Source: Trypethelium eluteriae
Taxonomy: Eukaryota
DNA: 64,000 nucleotides
Assembly: GCA_051942245.1 (NCBI GenBank)
Contig: JAVECL010000049.1
Coordinates: forward strand, 1-64,000
Direction: 5' to 3'
Position 1 is the first letter of the stretch; each line of letters begins with the position of its first letter. The translations under genes and the position numbers were made by a program. Under the pieces are notes generated by a model. The model was given only the letters and a program-made list of their open reading frames with translations, was not told the DNA's origin and made no database searches. This document shows positions 25,464 to 37,654 of this stretch, one piece after another.

Positions 25464-26790
25464 ATGGGTCAAGAAGCCTCCTCGCCGGTAGACGAGAATG
25501 TCCCACCTCAAACGCTGGCTAGTAGGACGATAGAGGGACTGGCGGAATACATCAAAAGCGGGAAGGCGAGAAGGATGGTAGTAATGGTACTGCGCCCTCA
25601 AAGCCCTCCTCAGAAGGCGCTTCACCACTGACCATTTCATCTCTCAGACTGGCGCAGGAATATCCACGTCAGCAGGAATTCCGGATTTTCGCTCTCCAGA
25701 TACCGGTCTTTACGCCAACCTCGCGCGCCTCAACCTGCCTTATGCCGAAGCCGTGTTCGACATTTCTTATTTCAGAAAGAACCCTCTCCCATTCTATACC
25801 CTTGCGCACGAACTCTATCCAGGGCGATACCGACCCACGATCACGCACTCGTTCATCTCGCTCCTAAACAAGAAGGGTTTATTGCACCGCCTCTTCACGC
25901 AGAATATCGATTGTCTCGAGCGCGAGGCCGGCGTGCCAGACGACAAGATCGTAGAGGCGCATGGAAGCTTTGCGACACAGCGATGCATTGAATGTCGGAC
26001 ACCGTACTCGGAAAAGGAGATGAGAGAGCATGTAAAGAAGATGGAGGTGCCACGGTGTACGCAGAGCCACTGCCAAGGTCTGGTGAAGCCAGATATTGTG
26101 TTCTTTGGAGAGCAATTGCCCGCCAAATTTTTTCAGGAAAGAGAAGCGCCTGCGCAAGCGGATTTGTGTTTCGTCATGGGCACAAGTTTGACGGTGCAGC
26201 CGTTTGCCAGCTTACCTTCGTTCGTCGACGATAGAGTACCGCGAGTTTTGATTAATCTCGAGAGGGTCGGAGGGATAGGAAATCGCAGTGATGACGTCCT
26301 GGTGCTTGGTGACTGCGATACAGGCGTGAGGAAGATCGCCGAGGCATGCGGATGGTTAGAGGAACTGGAGGCTGAATGGGCCTTAACGTCAACAGAATCC
26401 GCAGAAGCAGCAAAGACCGATGCAGATAGCAAGGCAGCAGAAGTAGGAGCGCCCAAGGATCGTGATGCAGCGCTGGAAGCAGCGGTGGAGAAACTGACAA
26501 GAGAGGTTGATGAAACGCTCAAGATCTCCTCGGATCACATCGAGAGGATAAAAGCGGAACACGCAGGAGAAAACTTGCCGATTGATGGAGACGAGGCCAT
26601 GGCATACACAGGTGAAAAATTGAAAGCTCAGTTGGAGAAGACGAAAGGAGAAACGAGCCAGGAAATGGTTACCGAAGTAGAAGGCAGCAAGGACGCAATG
26701 ACTGCAAAGATCAAGCAAGATGTATTGAACCCAAGTGAAGGCCAAGGGTTAGACCATGTCTATCCGCATATTAAGAAATCTTCGCTTTAG
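25464..26790 (+). CDS. hst2: NAD-dependent deacetylase, class I sirtuin (Hst2/SIRT2-like)
   Basis: MGQEASS...MVVM, then intron 25587-25647, then TGAGISTSAGIPDFRSP. Also TQNID, HGS, a CxxC zinc site, KPDIVFFGE and GTSLTVQPFA. Confidence 0.92.
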
Positions 26791-27113
26791 GACAGGTATT
26801 TTGAAGAACCAAAAACGGCGCACGTTAGCGATAGACATAGCACGATACCATCAAGAATTCATCGAAAGGAGTTTCTTTCAAGTAAGCGCATCCAAACAGC
26901 ATGCGCAATTAGGAATGGTGCCTTGAAGGGCAAGGTGGAAGCCGAAGAAGCGCGTTATTTACTTTTCTAAATTTACGCGTGCAAGTGACGCACCATGCGT
27001 GTGTGGCGTGAGCTTTCCCAGCCACGCCGCTGGTGCCGTCTCATACATAACAATATGACGTCGATATATTTTGTCTGTTCCAGTTTACCGGACGAAATCT
27101 TTTGTAAAACGAA

Positions 27114-28568
27114 ATGGCGGCTCCGAACTCGGCAAAGAAAACAGGCATTTTGACTTTCAATAGGTAAATTAGATATGCGTGCAATTAGACCTGGAGTTAA
27201 TTGGGTGGAATATAGTTTGCCGCCTCGGCTACATATCACCGCAGAGACCGATGACTTCGATGAGGACATACTACAGGAATGGCGAGATGAAGGTATGAAG
27301 CTTTTCTTGGAATGACACCAGCTTGAAGCCTCTAGGTTTATTGACACCTCAATCGCACTTACGTAGGGTTCGACGTAACCTATTTCCCCTTCGGCGATGG
27401 TGGTAAGCCCTACCGCCAAAAAATCCAGAGCCTTCATAGCGACCTCGAACTGGGTGAATCGTATGCCATCATAGCATATGGAGATCCCGCTGCGGTAGTC
27501 TTGGACGTCGCGCACAAACCCATGCCCCACCTGTGCGCTCTCGTTGCATACTACCCACCCACTATAACTCAACCGAAAACCAAATTTCCACCTCATGTAG
27601 AGTACCAGATACACTTGCCAGCCAGCCAGGAAGGTCGGCTGGAGGTTCCGCCGGATCTACCAGTTTTCTGGTACCCAGATACAAGAGAAGGCTTTGCGGA
27701 GAGTGATTTGGATGAGTGGGACGGCGTTGCAAGTGGCTTGGCATGGACAAGGACATTAGGAGCCATTCGAACAGGTTTTAAGATCCAGATTGACCTCGAA
27801 GATATTTGGGAGAAGCACCAGGCAGGTGAGCATGATTGTCATTCAGACAAACTATTGCTGTCCGGGGTGATTGTAGGCTGATACGGTACCTACGTCCAGC
27901 AAAGTATCAACAGAAGAGTCCGACCGGGATAATACAGACAATGAGTCCAGAGGCATACGTGAATCATGTTCCAACCATGATAGGAGGAAAAGGATCTAAA
28001 GAGCTATTCCACTTTTACAAGAACTTCTTCATGCCCGGAGTGCCTCCATCGTTCAAAGTGCGATTGATCTCACGCACCTCTGGGATCGATCGAGTGGTTG
28101 ATGAGATGTTCATTTCTTTCAAACATACACAGGAAATTCCATGGTGAATGAAGTACTCTAGCAATGGTAAATCTTGCTAATAGATCCTCTAGGATGCTTC
28201 CGGATGTCCCACCGACAAACAAGGATATCGAGATTGTGTTGGTGAGCATCGCATGTGTAAGAGGTATGTTCTGTCCCGTTCATAGAATCAGCTTTCGAGC
28301 CTAAGTATATTCAGGTGGTACGGTATACCAGGAGAGCGTATATTGGGACCAGGCGACAGTGTTGGTTCAGATAGGTCTCCTGGATCCGAACTTCGTTCCG
28401 AAAACTATGAAAGCTAAAGGCTTGAAACGACTCCCCATCACTGGGGCAGAAAGCACCAGGAAAGTCCTTGATGAAGACCAAGAGCCAAGTAACGGGCTTC
28501 TTTCAAGATGGCAGTCTTCAACGAAGCGAAATGGACCGACATCCGGCAAAACTCTGCCAGTGCGATAG
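27114..28568 (+). CDS. dienelactone hydrolase-like protein with C-terminal SnoaL/NTF2-like domain
   Basis: Six exons joined by GT-AG introns: RLHITAETDDFDEDILQEWRDEG...VAYYP...YVNHVPTMIGG...RVVDEM...YWDQATVLVQIGLLDP. Confidence 0.8.
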
Positions 28569-28579
28569 CAGCGCTGCCA

Positions 28580-29944
28580 TCAACCGATAAATGTGCAGGT
28601 AGGCAGTCGATACTTGTCCAGTGCCCAATAGGGTCGCCGTATGTCTTTCCAATTTGAGGGGTCTTGTAAATTCGAAGGTACAGGTATGTCTTCCCATCCG
28701 GTGTCAAAGCCTGCTTCGAATAGGTCCATTTCCGAAACCTGGGAAGGAGTGTCATTTGGGATTCAATTTGGAATATATCAGGGCGTTCGAGCGGAAGCAC
28801 ATACCTTTGTATAGACATCGTAACATATCTGTCGATCCGCACCCAACCCATTGTAGAAGCTAAATTTGCCGCCTTCACCATCTTTCCCGCCAACGGGATC
28901 GAGTAGGCCAATGACGTGTTCAGAGAATAATTCCCTCAATGCTTTGTAGTCTTCGGCGAAGGTATCATAGTAAATGCCGTCAAACAGAACTCCTTGTTCG
29001 ACTAGCTGCGGAACAATATCCTGCCAACGACCTTCATGGACCACGACGCCTGGCTTGTCAAACCATCCTCTGTCTCGCATTTGCTGTAATACTTGCGGGT
29101 GTGCTTCAATGATGTGGTGCTCTTTGGGCGAATGCGACTGTATCGCGGTATCAACGATCCCCATACCATGACCGACGTTGAGAGCACGGAGTCCTTCCAC
29201 GGGCAGAAGAATCTCAGCATGCCGATTCATGATAGTAGTCTCCCAGTCCATCATGACCGCATTAGCCGATTCGTCAAGCAACTTATCCTCGGTGAAGGTA
29301 AGTGCTGATCGTAGGTAGGTCTTGTTGTCTAGTGAGACGTCGTCGATAATTTTCTGAATGGTAACGTCGTCCTTCTGGTCTGAATGTGCTGCAGGTATGG
29401 ACGGCTCGCTTTGATGTTGCTTCTCTGCTAGGGGTTCGGTTGTAGGTTCCTCAGTCCCATCCCTTTTTTGCGTATCCTGTTGCTCATCCTCGTCCTCGTC
29501 TTCATCCTCGCCATCTTCAAGTGGTTGATACTCGTCTAATTTGCTGAACAGCAATTCTGCTCTTACTCCGGCATCAACCATAGTCTCGTACAGAGTGTTG
29601 AGTCCCAATCTGCGTGCGATACAGCCGGGCGTTTCATTATTTTTGTCCAAGTCATTCCAAATTGCGCCATTTTGTAGCAGTAGCTTCACTGTCTCAACAG
29701 CTGCCTCTTCTTCCGGGTCCAAAACCTTGCCATTCATATTGTTCTGGTCGTTCAGTTCCTCATCATCTTCACAAGCAGCAATTGCTGCATGTAGTGGAGT
29801 GAAGCCGGTCTCGGCATCTTGTACGTTGGCAGAGCCATCACGGAGCAGGTCCTTCAGAGCTTTCAAGTCATGATTAGAGGAGGCAAGCAAAATCGACTGT
29901 GTCACAAGATCGATTTCTCCTGCAAGTTCTTGTTTCACGTCCAT
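28580..29944 (-). CDS. RMT2: protein arginine N-methyltransferase 2 (ankyrin plus methyltransferase)
   Basis: GFTPLHAAI ankyrin, VMMDWE, LNVGHGMGIVD, YYDTFAEDY, FYNGLGAD. The last exon, after an intron near 28804-28739, reads VSEMDLFEAGF...YRLPTCTFIG*. Confidence 0.93.
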
Positions 29945-30402
29945 CGTAGCAATTGGGAAAAGAGAATGAATCGCTAGTCTAGTCGAGGTCAAAAATTGTT
30001 TATCGATAACAACTGCGCAGTGATGTAAAATACTCTACTCTATCACGAGGGCGCCGCTCCGTATCTCAAAAAGCAACCCAAAATCGCAGACATTCAAACT
30101 CGATTCGGTGTGTAGAAAGCATCAGAGATCTCGCTACATTGACACTGTTGATGTGTACAACTAAGCTCTTCGGCTTCGTTGACTCAGTGAATCGCTCCAG
30201 AGTATCGCAGTTTACCGCTTTCTCATCACTTACAAGCACACTTGTACAATCTCTAAGAGTTGCTAGGCAAAATCGTTTCGTACTCTCTCGACATAAAAGA
30301 GTCGATTGGTGTGACACACGCGCTGAGAGTGTCGGGATGCAAAATGCTCGGGAGTCAGAAACTGAAAGAGCGACAATATCTAAAACGACAAGTTGTCTCC
30401 AA

Positions 30403-31741
30403 TTACAGCTTCGCTAACCTTCCATGCGAATTAACGATAGCCAAGCTATTTTTGGTTATGTCTTTGATCGTTCTACAGCCAGTCAGCTGCATACACCGCC
30501 TGAACTCATCGTACAGTATATCTATCATCTTCTCAACGCCGTTCTGACCATCATACTGTTCATCATTATCAGCTTTGGCGCTCGAACCCAGTCAGGAAAG
30601 CTGCTAAAGTTTATGGGACGACTTACTGCTAATCCCCAGATGGCTGGTCTCCCAACCCAACAACATTCCGCACCAAGTGCAAGTGCCTTGAAGATATCCT
30701 GGCCCCTTCGGAAGCCTCCGTCCACATGGATTCTGATTTTTCCCGCTGCAGCCTCCACGCACTCTGGCAGCGCATCCAGAGTAGCAGGTACGCCATCTAG
30801 CTGTCGGCCGCCATGATTACTCACCACAATTCCGTCACAGCCATATTCTCTGGCTAACTGAGTGTCCTCTCCAGTCAGCACTCCCTTTATCCAAATCTCC
30901 ATGTTCGTCCTTGCTCGCAGCCAAGGGATCTCTCGCGCCCAGCTGTGCGCATCATCGTTGAACCCAATGAAGCCTGCCTCATGCGTCCTTCCACGAACCT
31001 CTTCATTCTTCCACTCCAAGATCGGAAAGTCCAGTCCTGGCGGAGTTCGAAAATCATTTCGATGCTCATTGTACCGAACGCCAAGGACAGGCGAGTCCGC
31101 TGTCAGTAAAATGGCTTTGCAACCTTGGGCTTCTGCCTCTCTAATGATACGCTCTTGGAGACCGCGATTCTTCATTGTGTACAGCTGTATTGCGTAGTTG
31201 ATAGGCCCAACTGTACGACCAACATTAATTACGTCCGCCAGCTTGTAGTTTGAGAATGAAGAAATGCCCATGTTGATGCCCTTTTCGGCCGCTGCACGGG
31301 ATGTTGCCAATTCACCATCCGGATGAGCCATTGCCTGAAGACCAGCAGGGGAAATGCCGAGAGGAAATTTGATTCGCCGGCCCCATACACTCGTGGATGG
31401 ATCTGCGGCAGAAACATCAACAAGCACGCGAGGGCGAAGCCAGTACTTCGCGAAGACCGCAGAGTTTTCGGTAATGGTCTGTTGGTCAGTGGACCCAGAG
31501 TTATAGAACTCTATAAATTCTTTAGTAAAATCTCAACTGCTGCGCGCGACATGATTTTTCTGGGCTGCGTCGTATAAACCCTTCCTCACTTCACCACTTT
31601 CTAATATAGTTCGTTATAAAGTCATGTCTTACCTCTTGCGCGGATGGGCATGCTCTTGGATCCAGCCTCGCGAAGATCCTCAATACAAACTATCTTCATG
31701 TCCGTCTCCGTTGGGACAATAGTCGGCGCTCCACCAGCCAT
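30403..31741 (-). CDS. FMN-dependent alpha-hydroxy acid oxidase/dehydrogenase (no cytochrome b5 domain)
   Basis: LRPRVLVDVS, QLY, TADSPVLGVR, IKG, SNHGGRQLD, DGGFRRGQDIFKALALGA, GRP. Introns at about 31632-31511 and 30625-30556. Confidence 0.92.
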
Positions 31742-33185
31742 AATGTTGAAATGAAGTATGAAATTATTCTGATAAGTCTATGGTATATGAAACTGAAAGA
31801 GTCTGGGGAAATCTATATGAAAGCAATGAGAGCCACCATACCTTCAGTGGTACTATTGAAGTGATAAATATCATGCTCATAAGAGTCATAGCGGGGTATA
31901 TATCACCTGAAGCTGAACTAAAGTAGCCAGGGTCCTGCACGATAAGGTGGATTTGCTAGCCATGCTTACCCACATTTCCTGCGCCTGAGTGCGTACATTC
32001 CTAGGACATGGGTAGACATCCGGTGGGGTTGGCAACGCTATGCCGGATTGCGGCACAGAAATGTTGAAAAATCGCTGTAAGACACAAGCTTTGAAGCTCT
32101 TTCGTAGATAATGCTACTGTGCCAATGCGTCTGCAGACAGACGCATAGACTCTTTACTAGTCTACTCCCATGAAATGCTTCGGTGTCGTTGCAAGTTCTC
32201 GAGACACTCCCAAACTGGTCCCGGGCCCACAGGAGGTAGGCTCTTATAAAATTCAAAGTTGGTTGCGGGAAGTCATGTGTTCGTCCGGCGGTCCAGAAGA
32301 GAGTTTTGAGCATCGTGTCGCAGATGAAGACCATACACTTGATGTGAACGTACAGTACTATGCGCAGTCGTCTTGTCTCTGATTTCAGCGGAGCGGGGAG
32401 ATTCTGCTGGTTGACGTCTGTTGTACTCTGTTTTTGCTTATTGCTCATAACTGCTCATTAGCATCCAATCTCGTACATCTATGCAAGGCGCGAACGGGAC
32501 TAGGTTCCCAGAAACTCTGGCCGTAAAACATATATTGTTGACTTCATTTGCCCAGCTGTGGAAATGGAGATGAACAGTGCAGGTTTGGAGGCAACCTGAG
32601 GTTTAGACACGTCAGCCTGACAAGTTCACGCGTGACTTCAGCACAAGAGCGTACACGAGGCAATTAGCAATGTAGTCTTATGATGATAGTATGGAAGTGG
32701 AGAAGTATTCCGTGCGGTACCTACGTTGAGTTGAAATTGGCTTTGAGGTCAATATGAACACGTAATGACCTGTAATGAGGATAGTTTGCGTTCAGACAAA
32801 CCCTCGAGCTTGACGAAAAGTCAGCTCATTGACTTGTGAATACATATTGTCTCTATACTTTAATTCAAAGCAAGCAGACGATCATATGGAGAATAATGCA
32901 ATGATAAAATTCACACTTGGATGTGAGGGAGTAAACGTTGTCCGTAACAGGGAGGAAGATAACTAGAAAGGGGATCAAGAATGGACTCTATCGGTCCTTT
33001 GGTACTAGAGGAAGCTGAACCATCGTAAATAGAACTAAAATTATTTAGATAACGTCTTGCGAGGTACGTAGTGTTGTTACCAGCGAATGTAAGGGAAAGT
33101 CAACGTTGCTGCGGAAAGCGGAGGTTGGTGTCACCCCCAAACGAGATATCTTTCTTCCCAATTCTAATTCCGACGCAATGAGACC

Positions 33186-35716
33186 ATGACCAGTTCCGAC
33201 AAGGCCAATGAGCCTTTTCACGATCCACCGTCTCCTACTCTCTCCCATAAGCCCTCAAGATCTGTCCGTCAGGCCTCAACACTCCCCGAGATCCGCTCTA
33301 CGCTCGCCCATCTCTCCTCCCGCGACTCCTCCATCACTACTCGCCTCGATGCCCTCCTAGACTCCCACCATGACCTCACTCGCCAACTACACCGTCTCGA
33401 TCTGCTCCGCGCCAACCTAGCCTCCCATGCCCAAAATGCACGCGCGATCGCCCAGTCTTCGCTGGCGCCAGCTGCATCAACCGCGACCCGGCTTTCATCC
33501 GCAGTGTCCGCTCTGGACACCGAGCAGGCAGCCGTCCGCGCGACACTACAGGTAGTCGAGCAGGTCGTCGAGCTCCGGGCCTGCGTGCTGGGCGTTGTGG
33601 GATGCATGGGCGTGCCGCAGGATTGGGAGGGTGCGGCGAGCTATCTACAACGCGCACGGAATATACCCGATGAAGTGATCCGAGGCGCCTTTGCTGAGAT
33701 GATGGTACCCACGGCCGAGGTACCGGATAGTCCTTCGGTTACGCTGGACGAGGCGGCCGAATCGCTCTGCAATTTATTCTTGAAGGAGTTCGAGAGGGCG
33801 GCAGAGAGTGGGGATGGTGGAGGGGTGACAAGGTTCTTCAAGCTGTTTCCTATGATTGGGAGAGCGGATACGGGGCTGGAAGCTTATGGGCGCTATGTCT
33901 GCCATGGTATTGCAGCCAGGGCCAGGAACAATCTAAGAGAAGGTGGCGGGAGAAGAGAAGGTCCTTTCTACGCCAATATACTGACACGATTATTCGAACA
34001 CGTTGCACAGATTGTGGACGGACATGAGCCTCTAGTCGAGCGACACTACGGCAATGGTATGATGGTAAAAGTCATTGAAAGACTCCAAGTAGAGGCGGAC
34101 GTTCAAGGTGGATTGATTCTAGATACTTGGAGTGACGAGAGAAATGTCGATAGGAAGCTGACAGATGTTAAGTCGTACGCTTTCTCGTTCTTGGTGCAAA
34201 GCTTCTTGTCTGCTCCGCGAGGAGTAATGAATACTCCAAGGTCAATGTCTCCTGCAATCAGAGATGGTTCCGGGACAACGCAGAACAGCGAAGATGAAAG
34301 TGTGGACATGAAGGAAGTGGATGGTTTACTCAACGAAGTTGCAATTATGCTTGGGCGATGGGCACTTTATACCAGATTCTTGGCTTCCAAGTCAACCGTA
34401 AGTGCCCGGCATTGAGAAACCATGATTAGAGGGCTAATGATTGTGCGCATCAGTCCGAGGAAGATGCCAACCATCCAGCCTCCAAGGGTTTAGCACTGCC
34501 AAATTTCCTCCTCAACAGTGCGCTCCATAAGAAAGTCTCTAAAGGATTGGTCGAGCCTTTCAACGTCATGACAACCTTCTATTTTCGTCGGTCTGTAGAG
34601 AAATCTTTTCAATTGGATGAGCCACCACCTGATCTTTCACTCAATCCGAACAAGGACATTGGAAACCCACCATTCATAACTTCCGCTGTCGACGATGTCA
34701 TGTACATTGTCAACCAGGTCCTACACCGTTCTCTTTCCACCTCACAGCGACCCGTAATATCTAGTGTCATGCCTGCCGTCGACCGTGTGCTTGGATCTGA
34801 CTTCGTGGGTATGATCCAGCGAAAGATGAGAGATGAATGCTATCCGAAAGCCGCTATACAAGGCGCTCTTCCACCAGAAGATAAGATCATACAATTCCTC
34901 GTTCTGATAAATAACCTCGACGTTGCGACCGACTACATCAAACGTATCGTCAAGTCAGATCTACAGCCGGGCCAATCCTCTGCGGAGATGAATGGCAATC
35001 CAGGCGGAGGTCCTGGTAATCGATCTGCTCTCGCGGAGTCATTTCCATTTAACAACGATGCAACATTTGTCGAAAACTCTCTGAAGTCTCTGGAATCCTC
35101 CTTTGAAAACAAGACATCTGAATTAATCGCTGAAGCAATTACCGTCACCTTTAATCAGGTCATGAAACCTCGAATTCGTCCCATCCTTACCGAAGCATTT
35201 CGAGACACCGATTACAGTCTTTCAGCAGAAGAATTGGCGGAGATGAGACGTGAGCGGGAAGGCGACACTCCAGGAGGTGAGGAGGATGTCCTAAATGACG
35301 ATTTAGTGAAGCAGAGATTCACGAGAGGGTGGACTGCTCTGAGTAAACCCTTGAGACGGATCCTCACGGACAAGAACGGCGATCGATTGATTACTACAGC
35401 AGTGCAATACCTCTCACGTGCACTGGAGAAGCGAATTTGGAGCTTTTACGGCCGAATCAATGAATTAGGAGCGGTACGGATAGAAAGAGATATTGCGGGT
35501 ATCGTAAGTGCGACAGTGCAAGGAGGACGATACGGACTACGGGATTCATTTTCAAGATGTCAACAGATTACACTGGTAATGAACATGGAGGAGGACGAAT
35601 GGGAGGAGATGGTTCAGGCTAAGAGCGAAGAACCTGGTGCGGAAGAAGAAATCGTATGGTACCTTGACATGGATGAAAGGAGAAGAGCACGGGCGATGGT
35701 TAAGGAGAGAGGATGA
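33186..35716 (+). CDS. COG4: conserved oligomeric Golgi complex subunit 4
   Basis: N-terminal coiled coil, TRFFKLFPMIGR, LTRLFEHVAQIVD, LQVEADVQGG, TSAVDDVMYIV, INELGAVRIERDI. Intron 34398-34453. Confidence 0.92.
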
Positions 35717-35749
35717 AAAGCACCTCGAAGATTACGTTATGGCATTTCT

Positions 35750-36903
35750 CTATTGTGGAATGACGTAGTCCCGATATCCTTCGGTCGAGAACAGGACGAC
35801 AACAGATTTCACGTCCTGCTTCAACGAGCCAGATGTGCACAGCTTCTTCAAGGCAGCCAATGGCGCTGCACCGCACGGACCGGCATTTACCCCTTTCTCA
35901 CGGAGATATTCCACCGCTTCGTGCGATTCAAGCTCAGAAACCGTCAAGGACATGTCAACGCCAGCGCGCAAAATTGGCCAAGCTATAGAAGACACCGTTC
36001 CGCAATTCATACCACACATAATCGTGTCACCAGTCTTAATGGGCGTATTTTGGTCAGCTTCGAGACTTGTCTTCAGACAAGCAGCTGTCATGGGTTCAAC
36101 GGTGGCAATTATGGCCTTTGGCTCTTGACTCTTATAGTGCTGAACCACAGCTTGAGCCCAGGATCCGACGCCTACACTTGCAATCGCCACGGTTGCTGCT
36201 CCACTCCCGTGATCCGCAAGCTGTTCATCAACTTCGGCGAGCATAGTTGAATAACCATCAACGACCCAGCGAGAGCTCTGCTCGAAGCCAGGCCAGGACG
36301 TATCCATAACCAGAAGCATATCTTGCTCCTTCTCTGAGGCTTTGACAGCTTCCCTGATCGCATCGTCATAATCGCCATCAACTGGCCTTACAGTTGCGCC
36401 TTCGCTAGCAATCTTCTCGCGAGTTGCATCGTCCATATTGCGAGGGACAAATATCGTGGCGGAAATGCTTAGATAGCCAGCGATGCGCGAGACGGAGCGT
36501 CCCCAGTTGCCATCAGTACAGGTAACCTAGTCGGTTTAGTCGAGAAAGTACAATCTCAGCTTGATTTGATGCCACAAACCAGCTTCAGGTTCTTCTCTCT
36601 TGCCACCTGCCCTACTTGTCCAAGAGTAGTTGTAATCTCTAGACCACACCTTGCTACAAGTGAGCGATAAATCGACCATGAAGCTCCCAAGATCTTGAAA
36701 CTGGGCAAGCCAAAGCGACGAGATTCATCCTTCAGAAAGACCTTTCCCAGTCCAAGTTCGGAGGCAACAGTAGGCAGAGGTATAAGCGGAGTGGTGGCAT
36801 ACTCGGGTAATTTCTGGTGGAAGTCGAGGATACGAGGGTCGTCTGAGTCCTTGATGTGACTGTAAGAGGCCGCAAAGGGGTTTAGAAAGACCGTGGAAGA
36901 CAT
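35750..36903 (-). CDS. PLP fold-type II enzyme, diaminopropionate ammonia-lyase-like
   Basis: TPL...KDESRRFGLPSFKILGASW (PLP Lys). After the intron near 36579-36527: VTCTDGNWG, SVGVGSWA, TIMCGMNCG, FSTEG. Confidence 0.85.
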
Positions 36904-37654
36904 GTTACAGCTCTTTGTGTTCACTAAACGTCACCTTCGGATCTTAAGAAGCCATGCATCGAGTTGCTACTAAGACGCGACTGTAGTGACTGCTGGATGA
37001 AAGCGAAGCGATCCGTAGAGAATTGATTTGAAATGAAGCCTGGTGGAGTCTCGCTCCATCTTAACCTTCAGGACAAGGTCCTGCAAAGTAAGGCACAACC
37101 TACCCTTAGCGGAGTGAAGACTGTACGTGATGTACATGTCTCCTTTGGTGGTTAGACTTTGGCGGATTCGCGGCAAATAATTGGTGATTTAGTGCAAAGC
37201 TACATTGAGCACCAGCTTATCACAGAGCGCATGCTGACAATTGGCATGGTTCAATAGTCGCCGAATCCGCCCACCATGTCGTCGAAGTCTGGCCTGCGAG
37301 CCCCGTCACTCCCCGTCACTCCATTCGCCGCCCGCTGAGCCCCTTTATTTTGATACGTCACATACGTTGGCGGGGCAAAAAAATTTAGAGTACCCCACGT
37401 TACTCTAGTACCTCATATTCCTCGAGGCCATGGCGTCACATCGGCGGCGCCCTCTCAAGACTCGGAGGAGTCGTCCGGAGACAGTTAGAGTACACTGTGT
37501 CGGCTGATGCTACAGCAATCTCGATTTCTTGCTCCATTATAAGCTCTTGTTGTGCCGTCCAATTACTCGTACCTTCCGAAACGCATCGGCTAGGTCTCCT
37601 CGAGTACCCACCTCTATTCAGAAGCTTACTTACCATTGAACAGTCCTTCTAACT

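Noticed and set aside
32038..32448. 136-aa minus-strand ORF between the FMN oxidase and COG4
   Set aside because: No recognisable motif or splice support, so probably a chance ORF.
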